42,892 nucleotides of DNA from Methanosarcinales archaeon (GTDB taxonomy: Archaea; Halobacteriota; Methanosarcinia; Methanosarcinales; Methanogasteraceae). This document shows, piece after piece, positions 10,464-20,400 of this stretch. The stretch is taken from assembly GCA_021159385.1 (NCBI GenBank), contig JAGGRW010000191.1:1-42892 (forward strand), given 5' to 3'. The translations under genes and the position numbers were made by a program. Position 1 is the stretch's first letter. Each line of letters starts with the position of its first letter. The notes beneath the pieces were generated by a model. That model saw only the letters and a program-made list of their open reading frames with translations. It searched no databases and had not been told where the DNA came from.

Positions 10464-11615
10464 CACTTTAACGTACTCCACAGCCCCCCGACACATCAGA
10501 TGCACGCCCACGCACTCGGGAACCGTGTTCACGCCCTCCGCAATCTCGAAATGGCTCCCGCGAAGGTCGCAGGCTGCTGGCTTATCAGCCGTGACCGCAA
10601 TCTCCCGATCGGAGAAGACGACGGCGTCTGTCAGCGGATCGAACCGCTCAATCGTCGCAAGCGTCAGCGGGACGACCCGCAGGCTTGATCCACCGTGCAG
10701 GGACGTGGGAAGCCGGATCAGCCGTTTTATGTCGCCTGTGACCGGTTCATCGACACTTGCCCTGACCTCCTGCATGGCTTTCAGAATCAACCGGTTCCAG
10801 AGTGATTTCGGAACCCCTGCAAGAAATTTAATCTCTCCGTTCCTGATGCGTCCGATGTTCGCATCGCTAACAGAATCGAGAAGCCCGCCGTCAACCAGTT
10901 TCTTTGCTTTCATCGCCCCAATGCCGTCCAGTTCCTGCAGTTTGTTCACCGCGGTTTCAGGATCCTTGAGAGCCTGCAAATATCCAACAATCCACCGATT
11001 GATCTTGCGACTCCATCCGTGCCGCGTTTCTTTCGGAATCTCTGAAATCGACGAAGCAATGGACGTGGGCTTAATTGCAAGCCCTGCCCCGCTCACATAA
11101 TCCACAATCTCCCGCCGTTCCGCGCTCTCGAGCGTCCGCACCATCGGGTCGCGCACATGAACATGGTACCCGCGCCCTCCGGAGAAGACAATATCCATTG
11201 TTTCCTCTGAAAACCCGAAGTCATCTGTCAGAAAATCGAGCAGTCTCATGGTCTCACTCTTGACCCGCGCAAGCATCGCAGGATATGACCCCGGCGCATC
11301 CGGGAGGTGGTCTGCGTCCAGATCAAAGATCAGGTCTGCTCCAAGCCAGTTTTTGTCTGCCATCGTGCCAGCCCCGGGGTGCTCGTAATACGCGACCGAT
11401 GAGAACGCGTGCGCTGGAGCCATGCTCCGCAGGTATTCAAGTGCTTCCGGACGTGAGTGGAATGATGTATGCCTGCGCATCACGATCTTCGGCAGCGCAT
11501 CAAAGAGGATGAAGCCCCATTCCCGGTGCTCGAAGTCTGGCGGTAGCTGGATCGGGTACTCGAGGTAATATTCCTTGAATTTCTCTCGCAGGAAGTTTTT
11601 TGTGCGTTCGTTCAT
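10458..11615 (-). CDS. priS: DNA primase small (catalytic) subunit
   Basis: REWGF, ADLIFDLDADH, FSGGRGYHVH and DEPVTGDIKRLIRLPTSLHGG motifs. Confidence 0.95.
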   Translation of the reverse strand: MNERTKNFLREKFKEYYLEYPIQLPPDFEHREWGFILFDALPKIVMRRHTSFHSRPEALEYLRSMAPAHAFSSVAYYEHPGAGTMADKNWLGADLIFDLDADHLPDAPGSYPAMLARVKSETMRLLDFLTDDFGFSEETMDIVFSGGRGYHVHVRDPMVRTLESAERREIVDYVSGAGLAIKPTSIASSISEIPKETRHGWSRKINRWIVGYLQALKDPETAVNKLQELDGIGAMKAKKLVDGGLLDSVSDANIGRIRNGEIKFLAGVPKSLWNRLILKAMQEVRASVDEPVTGDIKRLIRLPTSLHGGSSLRVVPLTLATIERFDPLTDAVVFSDREIAVTADKPAACDLRGSHFEIAEGVNTVPECVGVHLMCRGAVEYVKVL

Positions 11616-11631
11616 TTACGTGTTCACCCGA

Positions 11632-11667
11632 TCAGAGAATTTCGGACGGAGTATCGTCTTTATTCAC
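11632..11667 (-). pseudogene. Stump of a DUF86/HEPN toxin gene (MNKDDT...)
   Basis: GTG at 11667 overlaps the MNT stop and follows gaggtg. It reads MNKDDTPSEIL*, and MxKDDT resembles the N-terminus of DUF86 toxins. Confidence 0.45.
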
Positions 11668-11941
11668 ACCACACCACCTCCTTTTCTATCTCAGGTCTGA
11701 TATACGGACTCATGCCTCTGGTAGTGATCAGGTCTACATCTTTTCCGAATAGGTCTTCGAGAAAGAAGAGCAGATCCATAAAGTTGTCAAAGGTTGGTTT
11801 GTCGAATTCCACAAGCAGATCGATATCACTCGTCTCTTTCTGCTCTCTTCTCGCGTACGATCCGAATACGCCTATTTTCTTTACCCCATACCTTTTCTCT
11901 ATCTCTTTTTTGTGTTCTGCTATGGTTTCGATTGTGGTCAT
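11660..11941 (-). CDS. Minimal nucleotidyltransferase (MNT/MntA-type antitoxin)
   Basis: GVFGSYARREQKETSDIDLLVEF and EDLFGKDVDL motifs. Probable native start MTTIETI at 11941. Confidence 0.88.
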   Translation of the reverse strand: MTTIETIAEHKKEIEKRYGVKKIGVFGSYARREQKETSDIDLLVEFDKPTFDNFMDLLFFLEDLFGKDVDLITTRGMSPYIRPEIEKEVVWCE

Positions 11942-12019
11942 GGTCGTACCCTCCAGAGCGGCTCTGAGCCTTTTTGTTGCGTTCTCAAAATTTTCAAGCT
12001 GCACTTTTGCCTCAATCAT
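11942..12019 (-). pseudogene. N-terminal stump of an HI0074-type HEPN (nucleotidyltransferase substrate-binding) gene, fused in frame to the downstream MNT
   Basis: MIEAKVQLENFENATKRLRAALE resembles the HI0074-family N-terminus. Its ATG overlaps the stop of the upstream HI0073-type MNT. Confidence 0.6.
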
Positions 12020-12329
12020 AGATATTCACCCCGCTTTTGCGTATAATTGTTTTAAAATTTGGATTCACTCGATTCAGATCGACTACATCTATACTTTTAA
12101 GAGTGCGCAGTTCATCGATCTCGCCTCTTATCTTTGCTATCACACCAAGCGATATTTTTGATCCTGCATCGACTGCTATATCAAAATCAGAGGTCTCTGT
12201 GGCATCGCCTTTCGCTCTTGACCCGAAAAGAAAGATTCGTGCGTCGGGGAGGTACTTTGCTATTATATTTGTGGCATCTGCGAGTATCCCATCCGCGGAT
12301 AGGGGCTTTGGGTGTACTATCTGTTTCAT
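12012..12329 (-). CDS. Minimal nucleotidyltransferase (HI0073-type antitoxin)
   Basis: IFLFGSRAKGDATETSDFDIAV and SIDVVDL motifs. Start is either 12329 (MKQIV) or 12392. Confidence 0.88.
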   Translation of the reverse strand: MKQIVHPKPLSADGILADATNIIAKYLPDARIFLFGSRAKGDATETSDFDIAVDAGSKISLGVIAKIRGEIDELRTLKSIDVVDLNRVNPNFKTIIRKSGVNIYD

Positions 12330-12388
12330 TGCGGCATCTCCAAGTGATTTACTCTTATCTTCGCGGTCATGAGATTGTGAAGTTGCAG

Positions 12389-15300
12389 TCATGAGATAAA
12401 ATCGATCACTACCAGTTTCAATAAATCCGGATCGTATGGCTCTAAAGGCTCTATGTGGCGCTCTTCCTTTCTCTTAAAAAAATCATCAAGTCTTCCCATC
12501 AATTTTTTCCAGTCCCCTGACTTCTGATACTCTCGCCATAATTTCCTGATCTCTCTGAGCCGTCGTTTGGTGAGAGGTATCTTCAACATTCTTTCTTTTA
12601 CCTGTTCCCATTTTTCTTCAGGCGTCCTATCTTCAGGAAACTCGAAGAAGTAGTTATTGACTTCTATGTCCAGTTCTTTGATGATGGTCTGGATGAACTT
12701 TGTGCTTTTATCTCGTATAATCTCTGGCAAAGACGTATCAATCTTCTGTTTTTGTTCTATCTCCTTGTATGTCAGTTCGATATCACTCAACACCTCTCCA
12801 TTAATCTCGTATATTCTATCAAAAAAATCAGGGATTACTCTCGCTTCATTTTTATCACATGAAATAAAGTCCACGATTGAACTCTTCGTTTTGATGATGC
12901 CCATAGTAGTTAGATCATAGAGATACCAGAAATGAAAGTCATCAGCATACTTATAATAAAAGAATATACCTCTCATTTTAGTAGTTTCCAGCCCACTATA
13001 AATCCCGTGTGGCAACTTTTCCAGTTCATCGAGTGCCATTTCTCTGGAAAAGTCCTTCAGAGGCTGATAGAATTTTTCACCTCCGCCGAATAATTCCTCT
13101 TCGAGTTCATCAAGAAGTGAATCATCTTTATCCTTTATCCGTCTGATCGTCCCAAATACCTTGGGATGGATTTCTTCGCCTAATATGGTCTGATCAAGCC
13201 CTATGGAGTCATCTATATTGATTATCTTCTGCTGAAGAATCGCCACCAGTTTGAGGAGATCTTCCAGTTCCTGTTCAGGGAAAAAGTTGTGGATGAAAAT
13301 TTTGTCATAAGGTGACCCAATCCTATCAATTCTCCCAGCTCTTTGAATCATTCTTGTTGGGTTCCAGTGCAGATCGTAATTTATGAGGATCCTTGCGGAT
13401 TGCAGATTCTGCCCTTCGGAAAGCACGTCCGTGCTGAAAAGGATATCTATGTTCTTATCAGTGAACTCTTTTACGATTTCCATTCTCTGCTTTGAGGGAG
13501 TTGTGCCGCATATCTTGACCACGTTCAGATTTTTAAAATTACTTGAATTAGATATATTATTAAAAATATAGTCAGTTGTATCGGCGTAGTACGAGAATAC
13601 AATTACCTGTTCATCACCACTGAATTTAAGCAACAACTCCTCCAATTTTCGAAGTTTCGCATCTTCGTCCGGACTGATATCTTTTATCCGATCAGAGATA
13701 CTTTCAAACATCCGTATATCGTGATCTATGTCCTCAAAAATCTCCTCCATCCTATATGCGGTCAAGTCAAAATCTTCCAGTTCTTCTGATATTTCGTCTA
13801 TTTCCTCATCCAGCATCATCAGATACTTATTAAAAGATTTTTTGGTCAGCAACTTTCCGTTTTCCATATACTTCTTGAGATTTATAAGAAATGTAATATG
13901 TTTTCGTATACTTCTTCTAAAAGCCTCAATACTGGATTCAAGTCTCTTTAAAAGGATCGTCCTGAAGATACCTTCCAGAGCTATCATCCTGCCGAGATCA
14001 AATTCTTCGTTTCTGGTGAGTTTCTCTTCCTTCTTGTATTGCAGCAGATGGTAATTGGGCATTTTTAATTTGTTGGTGATTATATCTGATATCTCGTTAT
14101 ACATACCCATATAGGCATCATTGAGGCGATAATCAACGTTTTCAAGCTCTCTTTTTGGAAATTTTATCTTTTTATTCTTTATTGTCGCATCTGGATAGTT
14201 CTTTATTATGTAGTCTCTTGTGCGCCTGATTGATATCTCATTCAAAACATCGCTCAACAGAGACGGATCTTCCAGTTTGTCCACCAGTTTGAAGAAATCA
14301 AAAAGATCGGAAATGTTCTCCCTGATAAAGGCTGTTTTGTTCATGCCCACAAGGAGCATCAACTGCCAGTAGAGGTCCCAGATGGTGTTGTTGATGGGTG
14401 TTGCGGTGAGGAACACTATGTACGGTCTTCTACCATCTTTTGCTATATGGTCATATACGAGTGTAAAGAAGTTCTCCCATTTATTGGACAGGGGATTCCT
14501 CAGGTTGTGGCTTTCGTCTACCACTATGAGTTCAACATCCTCAAGTCTTTCCGACGTTGCTCTTCTTGCTTTCTGCAAATATTCTTCAGATGCAAGTTCT
14601 TCCAGCGACATAATACTCTCGGTAAGTATCAGATCCTTGACCTCGCTGCGCCACATCTCCCTGAGTTGTGCGGGACATATTACAAGAAACCTCTTTCGTT
14701 GATAGAAACCAAACTCTTCAATGATCTTTTTAGCGAGCCACGTCTTTCCCATTCCCACTGAATCTGCAACAAGCACTCCGCCATATTTTTCAAGCCGCGA
14801 AAGGATCCGGGTGACCGCATCTGCCTGAAATTCGGTCAACTCCACCATAGAACGTGGTCGATCCGGATCGCCATCCTCTTCACCCCATCTAATCTCGTCT
14901 TTCTGTAACTCATAGAGAGATTTGATGTAGACCTGATATGGAGTGTATTCGTTGGTTCCGAATCTCGAATCCTCAAGTATCTGTATCAGTTCTTCCCTGA
15001 AATCTCTGGTACATTCGTGATTCCAGAACTTCTCGAACCACTCTCTCCTTGTGTACTGGGCTGCTGCCTGAAGGGATACAGAGTTGAGTTCGGTGTTGTG
15101 TGTCAGACCTGCGACTGTGAAGTTTGAAGAGCCTACGATCACCAGATCATCGAAGATATACGCTTTGCCGTGGAGAAAGCCACCCTCGTATATTTTCACT
15201 TCCACGTTGTCTTTTTTGAGAAAGTCGATCAGCGATTTGACCGAATCCTCGCAATCCGTGATCAGGTCGAATCCTTCGATCTCGTTTTTAACCCTGAATA

Positions 15301-15532
15301 ACAGTTCATCCCCAAATGTGCGGTCGGTTTTTATCTCGGGTGCCCTGCCAATGAGAAGACGGAAACTGTTTACACCGTCCAGTTCCTCGCGCAATATGGC
15401 ATAAGCTCCAACGTTGAAGAAGGCTGTTGCTATATCGAAATTTACCTCATTTGAATCCCTGAGCGTCTCTTTGAGAAAGGTTGAGAGCCTGTTATCTTCG
15501 CTGTTATCGATTATCTCGCGTGGTACTGGCAT
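12389..15532 (-). CDS. PLD-family nuclease fused to SNF2-like helicase (putative restriction subunit)
   Basis: HKD motif FLHGKAYIFD with GSSNFT; Walker A ADSVGMGKT; Walker B DESHN; LTATP; LSEGQNLQ; QRAGRIDRIG. Confidence 0.9.
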   Translation of the reverse strand: MPVPREIIDNSEDNRLSTFLKETLRDSNEVNFDIATAFFNVGAYAILREELDGVNSFRLLIGRAPEIKTDRTFGDELLFRVKNEIEGFDLITDCEDSVKSLIDFLKKDNVEVKIYEGGFLHGKAYIFDDLVIVGSSNFTVAGLTHNTELNSVSLQAAAQYTRREWFEKFWNHECTRDFREELIQILEDSRFGTNEYTPYQVYIKSLYELQKDEIRWGEEDGDPDRPRSMVELTEFQADAVTRILSRLEKYGGVLVADSVGMGKTWLAKKIIEEFGFYQRKRFLVICPAQLREMWRSEVKDLILTESIMSLEELASEEYLQKARRATSERLEDVELIVVDESHNLRNPLSNKWENFFTLVYDHIAKDGRRPYIVFLTATPINNTIWDLYWQLMLLVGMNKTAFIRENISDLFDFFKLVDKLEDPSLLSDVLNEISIRRTRDYIIKNYPDATIKNKKIKFPKRELENVDYRLNDAYMGMYNEISDIITNKLKMPNYHLLQYKKEEKLTRNEEFDLGRMIALEGIFRTILLKRLESSIEAFRRSIRKHITFLINLKKYMENGKLLTKKSFNKYLMMLDEEIDEISEELEDFDLTAYRMEEIFEDIDHDIRMFESISDRIKDISPDEDAKLRKLEELLLKFSGDEQVIVFSYYADTTDYIFNNISNSSNFKNLNVVKICGTTPSKQRMEIVKEFTDKNIDILFSTDVLSEGQNLQSARILINYDLHWNPTRMIQRAGRIDRIGSPYDKIFIHNFFPEQELEDLLKLVAILQQKIINIDDSIGLDQTILGEEIHPKVFGTIRRIKDKDDSLLDELEEELFGGGEKFYQPLKDFSREMALDELEKLPHGIYSGLETTKMRGIFFYYKYADDFHFWYLYDLTTMGIIKTKSSIVDFISCDKNEARVIPDFFDRIYEINGEVLSDIELTYKEIEQKQKIDTSLPEIIRDKSTKFIQTIIKELDIEVNNYFFEFPEDRTPEEKWEQVKERMLKIPLTKRRLREIRKLWREYQKSGDWKKLMGRLDDFFKRKEERHIEPLEPYDPDLLKLVVIDFIS

Positions 15533-15534
15533 AT

Positions 15535-16305
15535 TTAGTCCTCGGTAAGTTTCAGTTGAACGGTTCTATGTGGGTGGATATTATGTGGATTGGGCTGAGG
15601 CGGATAGAATATCCCTATGATCAACCAGGAACCAAATCGAAAATGCGTTCCCATGAAGAAGTACATGTCCCTCGTCTTCATGAAATCGAAGAATCTCGCT
15701 TTTATCTTCTCTTCTATGACCTTCCGGTCATTTTCTCTCCGCATGACGTTTCTTGCCAGTTCGTTTAATTCCCAGTCGATCAAGATTATGTTATGACCTC
15801 TGCATTCTGGTTCATCCCTGCATCTGAAGCGATACTTCAGTTCCACAGGCATCTTCACCCGTTCTCGACGCTCCAGATAATCGCCTGCGATGGAAAAATA
15901 GGTCTGTTCATCATAAATATCAGTGCTGTTCACTGTTACATCGATTCCCTGCAATTCGGGTTTGATCACGCCAAGACTGGCGTTCTCTTCACTTAATTTT
16001 TCGATGGAAGAGACCAGTGGTAAAATCCGCTCCCGCACCTCTTCATCGGTTAATCGTGAGCTCATATTCTGGTGATGGATAACCTTTCTGCTCTCTCTTC
16101 TTTTATCGTTGTCCGGATTTGCAAGAGTAACTTCTATCAGGTCTCTTTTCCTGAAATCGATCAGTCCCTCCCCGTAACTGAACCTGAAAGGATACAACCG
16201 CCTCCACTGGTTGTTCTCATTTATTCCAGCTACGCACACCAGATGGTCGTGTTTCCTGCTTTGTTCTGGCGTTGCTCTGACCAGCACAAGGATTTGTTCT
16301 TTCAA
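15535..16305 (-). CDS. Conserved hypothetical protein, DUF488-associated (possible OB-fold nucleic-acid-binding protein)
   Basis: VLVRATPEQSRKH..LVCVAG..WRRLYP N-terminus, YRFRC..C..H..IDWE and FFMGTH..WLIIGIFYPP C-terminus. Overlaps the DUF488 stop. Confidence 0.6.
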   Translation of the reverse strand: MKEQILVLVRATPEQSRKHDHLVCVAGINENNQWRRLYPFRFSYGEGLIDFRKRDLIEVTLANPDNDKRRESRKVIHHQNMSSRLTDEEVRERILPLVSSIEKLSEENASLGVIKPELQGIDVTVNSTDIYDEQTYFSIAGDYLERRERVKMPVELKYRFRCRDEPECRGHNIILIDWELNELARNVMRRENDRKVIEEKIKARFFDFMKTRDMYFFMGTHFRFGSWLIIGIFYPPQPNPHNIHPHRTVQLKLTED

Positions 16306-17162
16306 AGGTGAATTACCTCCTTATTTTGCTGCATTTCGATTTGACTGGCAATAACACCTCTGTGGCACAGGTTTACATCTGCTTCGAAGCATAAGAGAGC
16401 CGCCCTGTGATCTTCACCCAATCCGATGATTCGCTCTACCTCTTCAGGATGTTCTTTCAGTGTCGTGGCTTCATATCGCTTGAATAACATCTGGTAGTCC
16501 CTTCTGGTTACGAGATTTTTTCTTGATTCTCCGTCGATCCCGAGTTCAGGGATGTGGGTGTACCCGATGTCCACTTTTCCCAGATAATTCTCCAGTTTGC
16601 TTCTTGTAAAACTGAAATTCATGCTGAAAGGGTTCTTTCTGACATCGATCAGGAGGTCTATCTGGTTTTTTATCATGGTGTTCAGGAAGGAATCGATGTC
16701 TCTGCCCTCGTAGCCGATTGTGAAAAGAGCGGGGGGGCATTTATTTCTGGTGGCAGGGACAATCTCACTCTTCACCGTGTATTCAGGGTATTTACTGTAT
16801 ACATATTCTCTTATCTCACGGTCGGAATTGAACCTGCTGGTGACTCGTTTTACTTTCATAGACGCCTTGCGGTCTGCACTGGCGGCAGCTTTTCTTCCTG
16901 CTTCAGTCGGTGTCAGGTGCGTTCCGTCTTCTGCCAGGAGCCCAGCCTGTTCGAGTTTATAGAGGTCAGCGTAACATACATTGGAAAAAGGACCGTACCT
17001 ATAGGGAAAGAAGTTATAGAACTTGATGAGACGCCCCACAGTTTCCTCCTGGGCGAGCAGAAAGAGAGTTTTTACGAGCATGAATCTGGATGAGTTCTCG
17101 TTCTCTGATAGGCTTTCCACTACTTTCAGGAGGATTCGCTGTTTGTGGGTCAGGAGTTTCAT
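16302..17162 (-). CDS. DUF488 family protein with N-terminal winged-helix (Panacea/DUF4065-like) domain
   Basis: FTIGYEG, LIDVRKNPFS, HIPELG and LLCFEAD...CHR (DUF488). The N-terminal domain contains YNFFPYRYGPFS. Confidence 0.85.
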   Translation of the reverse strand: MKLLTHKQRILLKVVESLSENENSSRFMLVKTLFLLAQEETVGRLIKFYNFFPYRYGPFSNVCYADLYKLEQAGLLAEDGTHLTPTEAGRKAAASADRKASMKVKRVTSRFNSDREIREYVYSKYPEYTVKSEIVPATRNKCPPALFTIGYEGRDIDSFLNTMIKNQIDLLIDVRKNPFSMNFSFTRSKLENYLGKVDIGYTHIPELGIDGESRKNLVTRRDYQMLFKRYEATTLKEHPEEVERIIGLGEDHRAALLCFEADVNLCHRGVIASQIEMQQNKEVIHL

Positions 17163-17479
17163 CTCCCCACACTCCTCGCCTTATCAAGCCTGTTCTTCAC
17201 CAGTTCAGCCACCGCCCAGTAAACCTCTTTCCGCTCATCGTCCGTTAAGCCGATAGCGTCAAAGACCACATCATCCAGTGCTTTTCTGTCGGGCAGGGGT
17301 TCAGGCTCCTGCTCGCGGATGGGTTTTGCGGGGTCGAAGCCGAGTTCGGTGATGATGGATTGAATATCTCGTTTTGATATTTGACTAAATAGTTTTTCAA
17401 TATCTTTTATGTCTCTCACTTTTGGAATGAGCAAATCTTTTACTTCATATACTGGCGTTTTTAGCGCCCCCTCCCCCAA
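17159..17479 (-). CDS. Out-of-frame C-terminal segment of the methyltransferase (alternative specificity segment plus helical tail)
   Basis: LGEGALKTPVYEV...RDIQSIITELGFDP...PDRKALDDVVFDAIGL parallels the end of the upstream ORF (LREGLLTTYGPEI...RPVQSTFAELG). Confidence 0.7.
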   Translation of the reverse strand: MGEGALKTPVYEVKDLLIPKVRDIKDIEKLFSQISKRDIQSIITELGFDPAKPIREQEPEPLPDRKALDDVVFDAIGLTDDERKEVYWAVAELVKNRLDKARSVGR

Positions 17480-20400
17480 AGAACCAAGCCGAGTTCAGCG
17501 AAGGTGGATTGGACCGGGCGCACATTCATCGCGACCAAAACCTCTTCACATTTATTGTTATCAACAAAAACAGGATTCAAAATAACAAAATTCAATATTT
17601 CAGGACCATACGTCGTTAATAAACCCTCTCTCAAATTTATTCGTCCATAAGTTTCGCTTATCAGTATTCCAATTGTAGAATTTAAAATTAAACCCAGAGA
17701 CCATTTTTTGTATGGATCAAATTTTCCAACAAATACAACATCCCCAATTAACACATTGGCTTCATCTGGAAGTATAGGTGTCCAATTCCTCTTGTCACGG
17801 AACCGCAAAAAAAGATAATCTTGCTTTTCTTGCTTATTTAACTCCCACCACATCCCCCTGCTTGCACAAGTGGGTCTTTCATGGAAACCTTGAGATTCCC
17901 CCCATTCGATATATTTCAACGCCTTTGTCCCCACCAGTTCCTCTTTCGACTTATGACACATAAAAACTTTATACTTCAAATCCCCTGGATTAATCACAAT
18001 CGATTTACACTCCTTTGGTGACTTTATCACCGGTTTCAAAAACTCCTCTTCGATCTGCCATTTCTTCTGCGCCTCGTCATCGAGATAGAAAAACTCATTC
18101 GCCCCTGTCTTAATTCCGAATCGAACCTCCGCAATCTCCCCCAGCCTAACAAGCTTCCCTGCCCCCTTCTCAAGAATCGTAAAGAAAATATCCGGCGCCC
18201 GCAGGTACTTCCCGCCCCACTTGTTGCCAGCATATCTCCCTTTCCTGAACCGTCCCTGCTTCTTGTCATAATCTTCAGGATACTCCCAGCCATCCTCCAG
18301 AAGGGCACCCTGCCCGACAGGAAAGACACGGTACTCATCCGTTTTCACAATCTCGTCAGCCCGCTCCATCCTCAAAAGGTTTCCAACGTTCGATACTTCC
18401 TCAAACGGTTTTTTGAACATCACAAAACGGGCTGTATGCGACAGCAGGGGCCACTCGATGCCGCCTCTGTAATCCGGATCGTCCAGCCTGCTCTGGACCG
18501 ATCCTTCTTTGACGATGCCTCCTCTGATCACTGGCGCGCCGAAGAGCGCGATTACCGTGTTCACGTCCGCATGTTCGAAGCTGCGACTGACCTGATTGTC
18601 ATAGATGGCATGAATCGGCACATACTTCAGCAGAAACTCCTGCAATCCTTTTCCATAGTCCACATCCAGCCACGAGTTTGATGTGATGAAGCAGAACGTT
18701 CCACGGGGGTTCAGGAGCCCCAGCCCGTGGAAGTAGAAGTAAACGTAATAATCGCTCTTCTTGCTGATCTTCTCGACAACCGGAAAGAGCGCGGTAACTG
18801 ACCTGACAAGTTTGTCCTTGTATCCGGTTCGATCATCCTTTGTAATCTCTACCTTCATCCTATTCGGCGGGGAGATCTTCTCCTGCCTCACATACGGGGG
18901 GTTTCCAATCACGATATCAAAACCACCCTTCTCCCCAAAAATCTCCGAAAAAGCAATCTCCCATACAAAAGGCTTCTTCTCAGGAACTTCTATCTCTACC
19001 TTGACCTTTTCAAGCGTTTCCTTCTCTTCGACAAGTTTCTTTCTCTTGTTTCTGAGTTTCTCTTTCTCTTCTCTGGAAATACCGGTTTCATTTCCTGATA
19101 AATCCAGCTGTATGTGTTTGGATCTTTTGTCTATGTCCTCAACCTTCTCGTCTATCCCCCGGATCTGCTCATCCACAATCTCGATAAAGATCCGTATCTC
19201 TTCCTTTTCCAGCGCTTCCTTGGATTTGAACCTGGCATCAGGATAGTTGTGGTAATATTTCTCTTTTTCAGCTTTTAGAGCATTCAGTTTCTTTTTGATG
19301 ATAGGCGTTGCATCAGCATCCCTCAAATGGAGATTGATACCCCCGATCTCCTGTACCAGAGAATCCCCAACCCTCAGATTCATGTTCAGATTCGGAAGAA
19401 GCGGACGAGTCTTCAGATCCTTCGGTTTAAGATCCGCCTCCACGATCAGTTGAAGCCACAGTCTCAACTCTGCAGCATGTACAGCCCACGGCATCACATC
19501 CACACCGTAAATGGACTTTCCGATGATCCCTTTTTTGATATCAAAATCTGTACGTTGAAGACCAATATTTTTGTATACTTCCCTGTACAGTTCTGTCAGG
19601 GCAATAAGATGACCTACGAGAAAAGCACCTGAACCGCAGGCGGGGTCTACAATGGAGAGATTCTCAAGTACGTCTTCAAGTGTGTGCCACATCCTCTGGT
19701 CTGTGAAGAATTTTCTGGACTTCTCTTTCTCTGCGTCAAAAACAAAATCATAGATGATCTCTCTGGGAACGTCATCGAGATGCTTTGCAAGGAATTCGGT
19801 GATGGTTCTGCGAACCATGAAATCTACTTCAACCCGTGGAGTGTAGAAGATGCCCATATCATTTCGGTCGTAAATCTCTTCGGCGACGTTTGCCAGCGAC
19901 TCATAAACATATCCTATCATCTGCGGGTCAACTGCAACTTCAACATCCAGTGGAACATCTTCTTTGATTGTAAAGTTGTATTTATTGTAAAAACCCATAA
20001 CATCGCTGATAAATTCATCTTCGAGGGAAATACCGAGTTTATCCTGATCAGTTTCCTTGAAAAGACCGCCGTTCAGGAATGGCGTTGCTCTCAAAACCTT
20101 CTTTACTTCTTCAGGCAGGTTTTCCGAGTCAAAGAATATATTGTTGAACGATTCAAAGAAAAGCACACCGAGCCAGTCTTTGTAAAAACTGTCTTTCTCT
20201 GTTTGACCATCTCGCACCCCTTTTTTATACAAACCCCAGAACCAATCCATAAATTTCGGATCGTTGTTCAGCCATCTTTTTTTGGAGATGAAATATATGA
20301 ACATTGTCCGGTTGAGGAACTGGAGGGTGAATTCATGGGCGTCTTTTGTCGAGATACTGCCATCAACGAGATGGTTTCTGATTCGGAAGAATCGTTTCTT

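Noticed and set aside
17159..17660. Diversity-generating retroelement (TR/VR pair) explaining the duplicated TRD segment
   Set aside because: No reverse transcriptase in the window, and the two segments differ far beyond adenine-specific substitutions.
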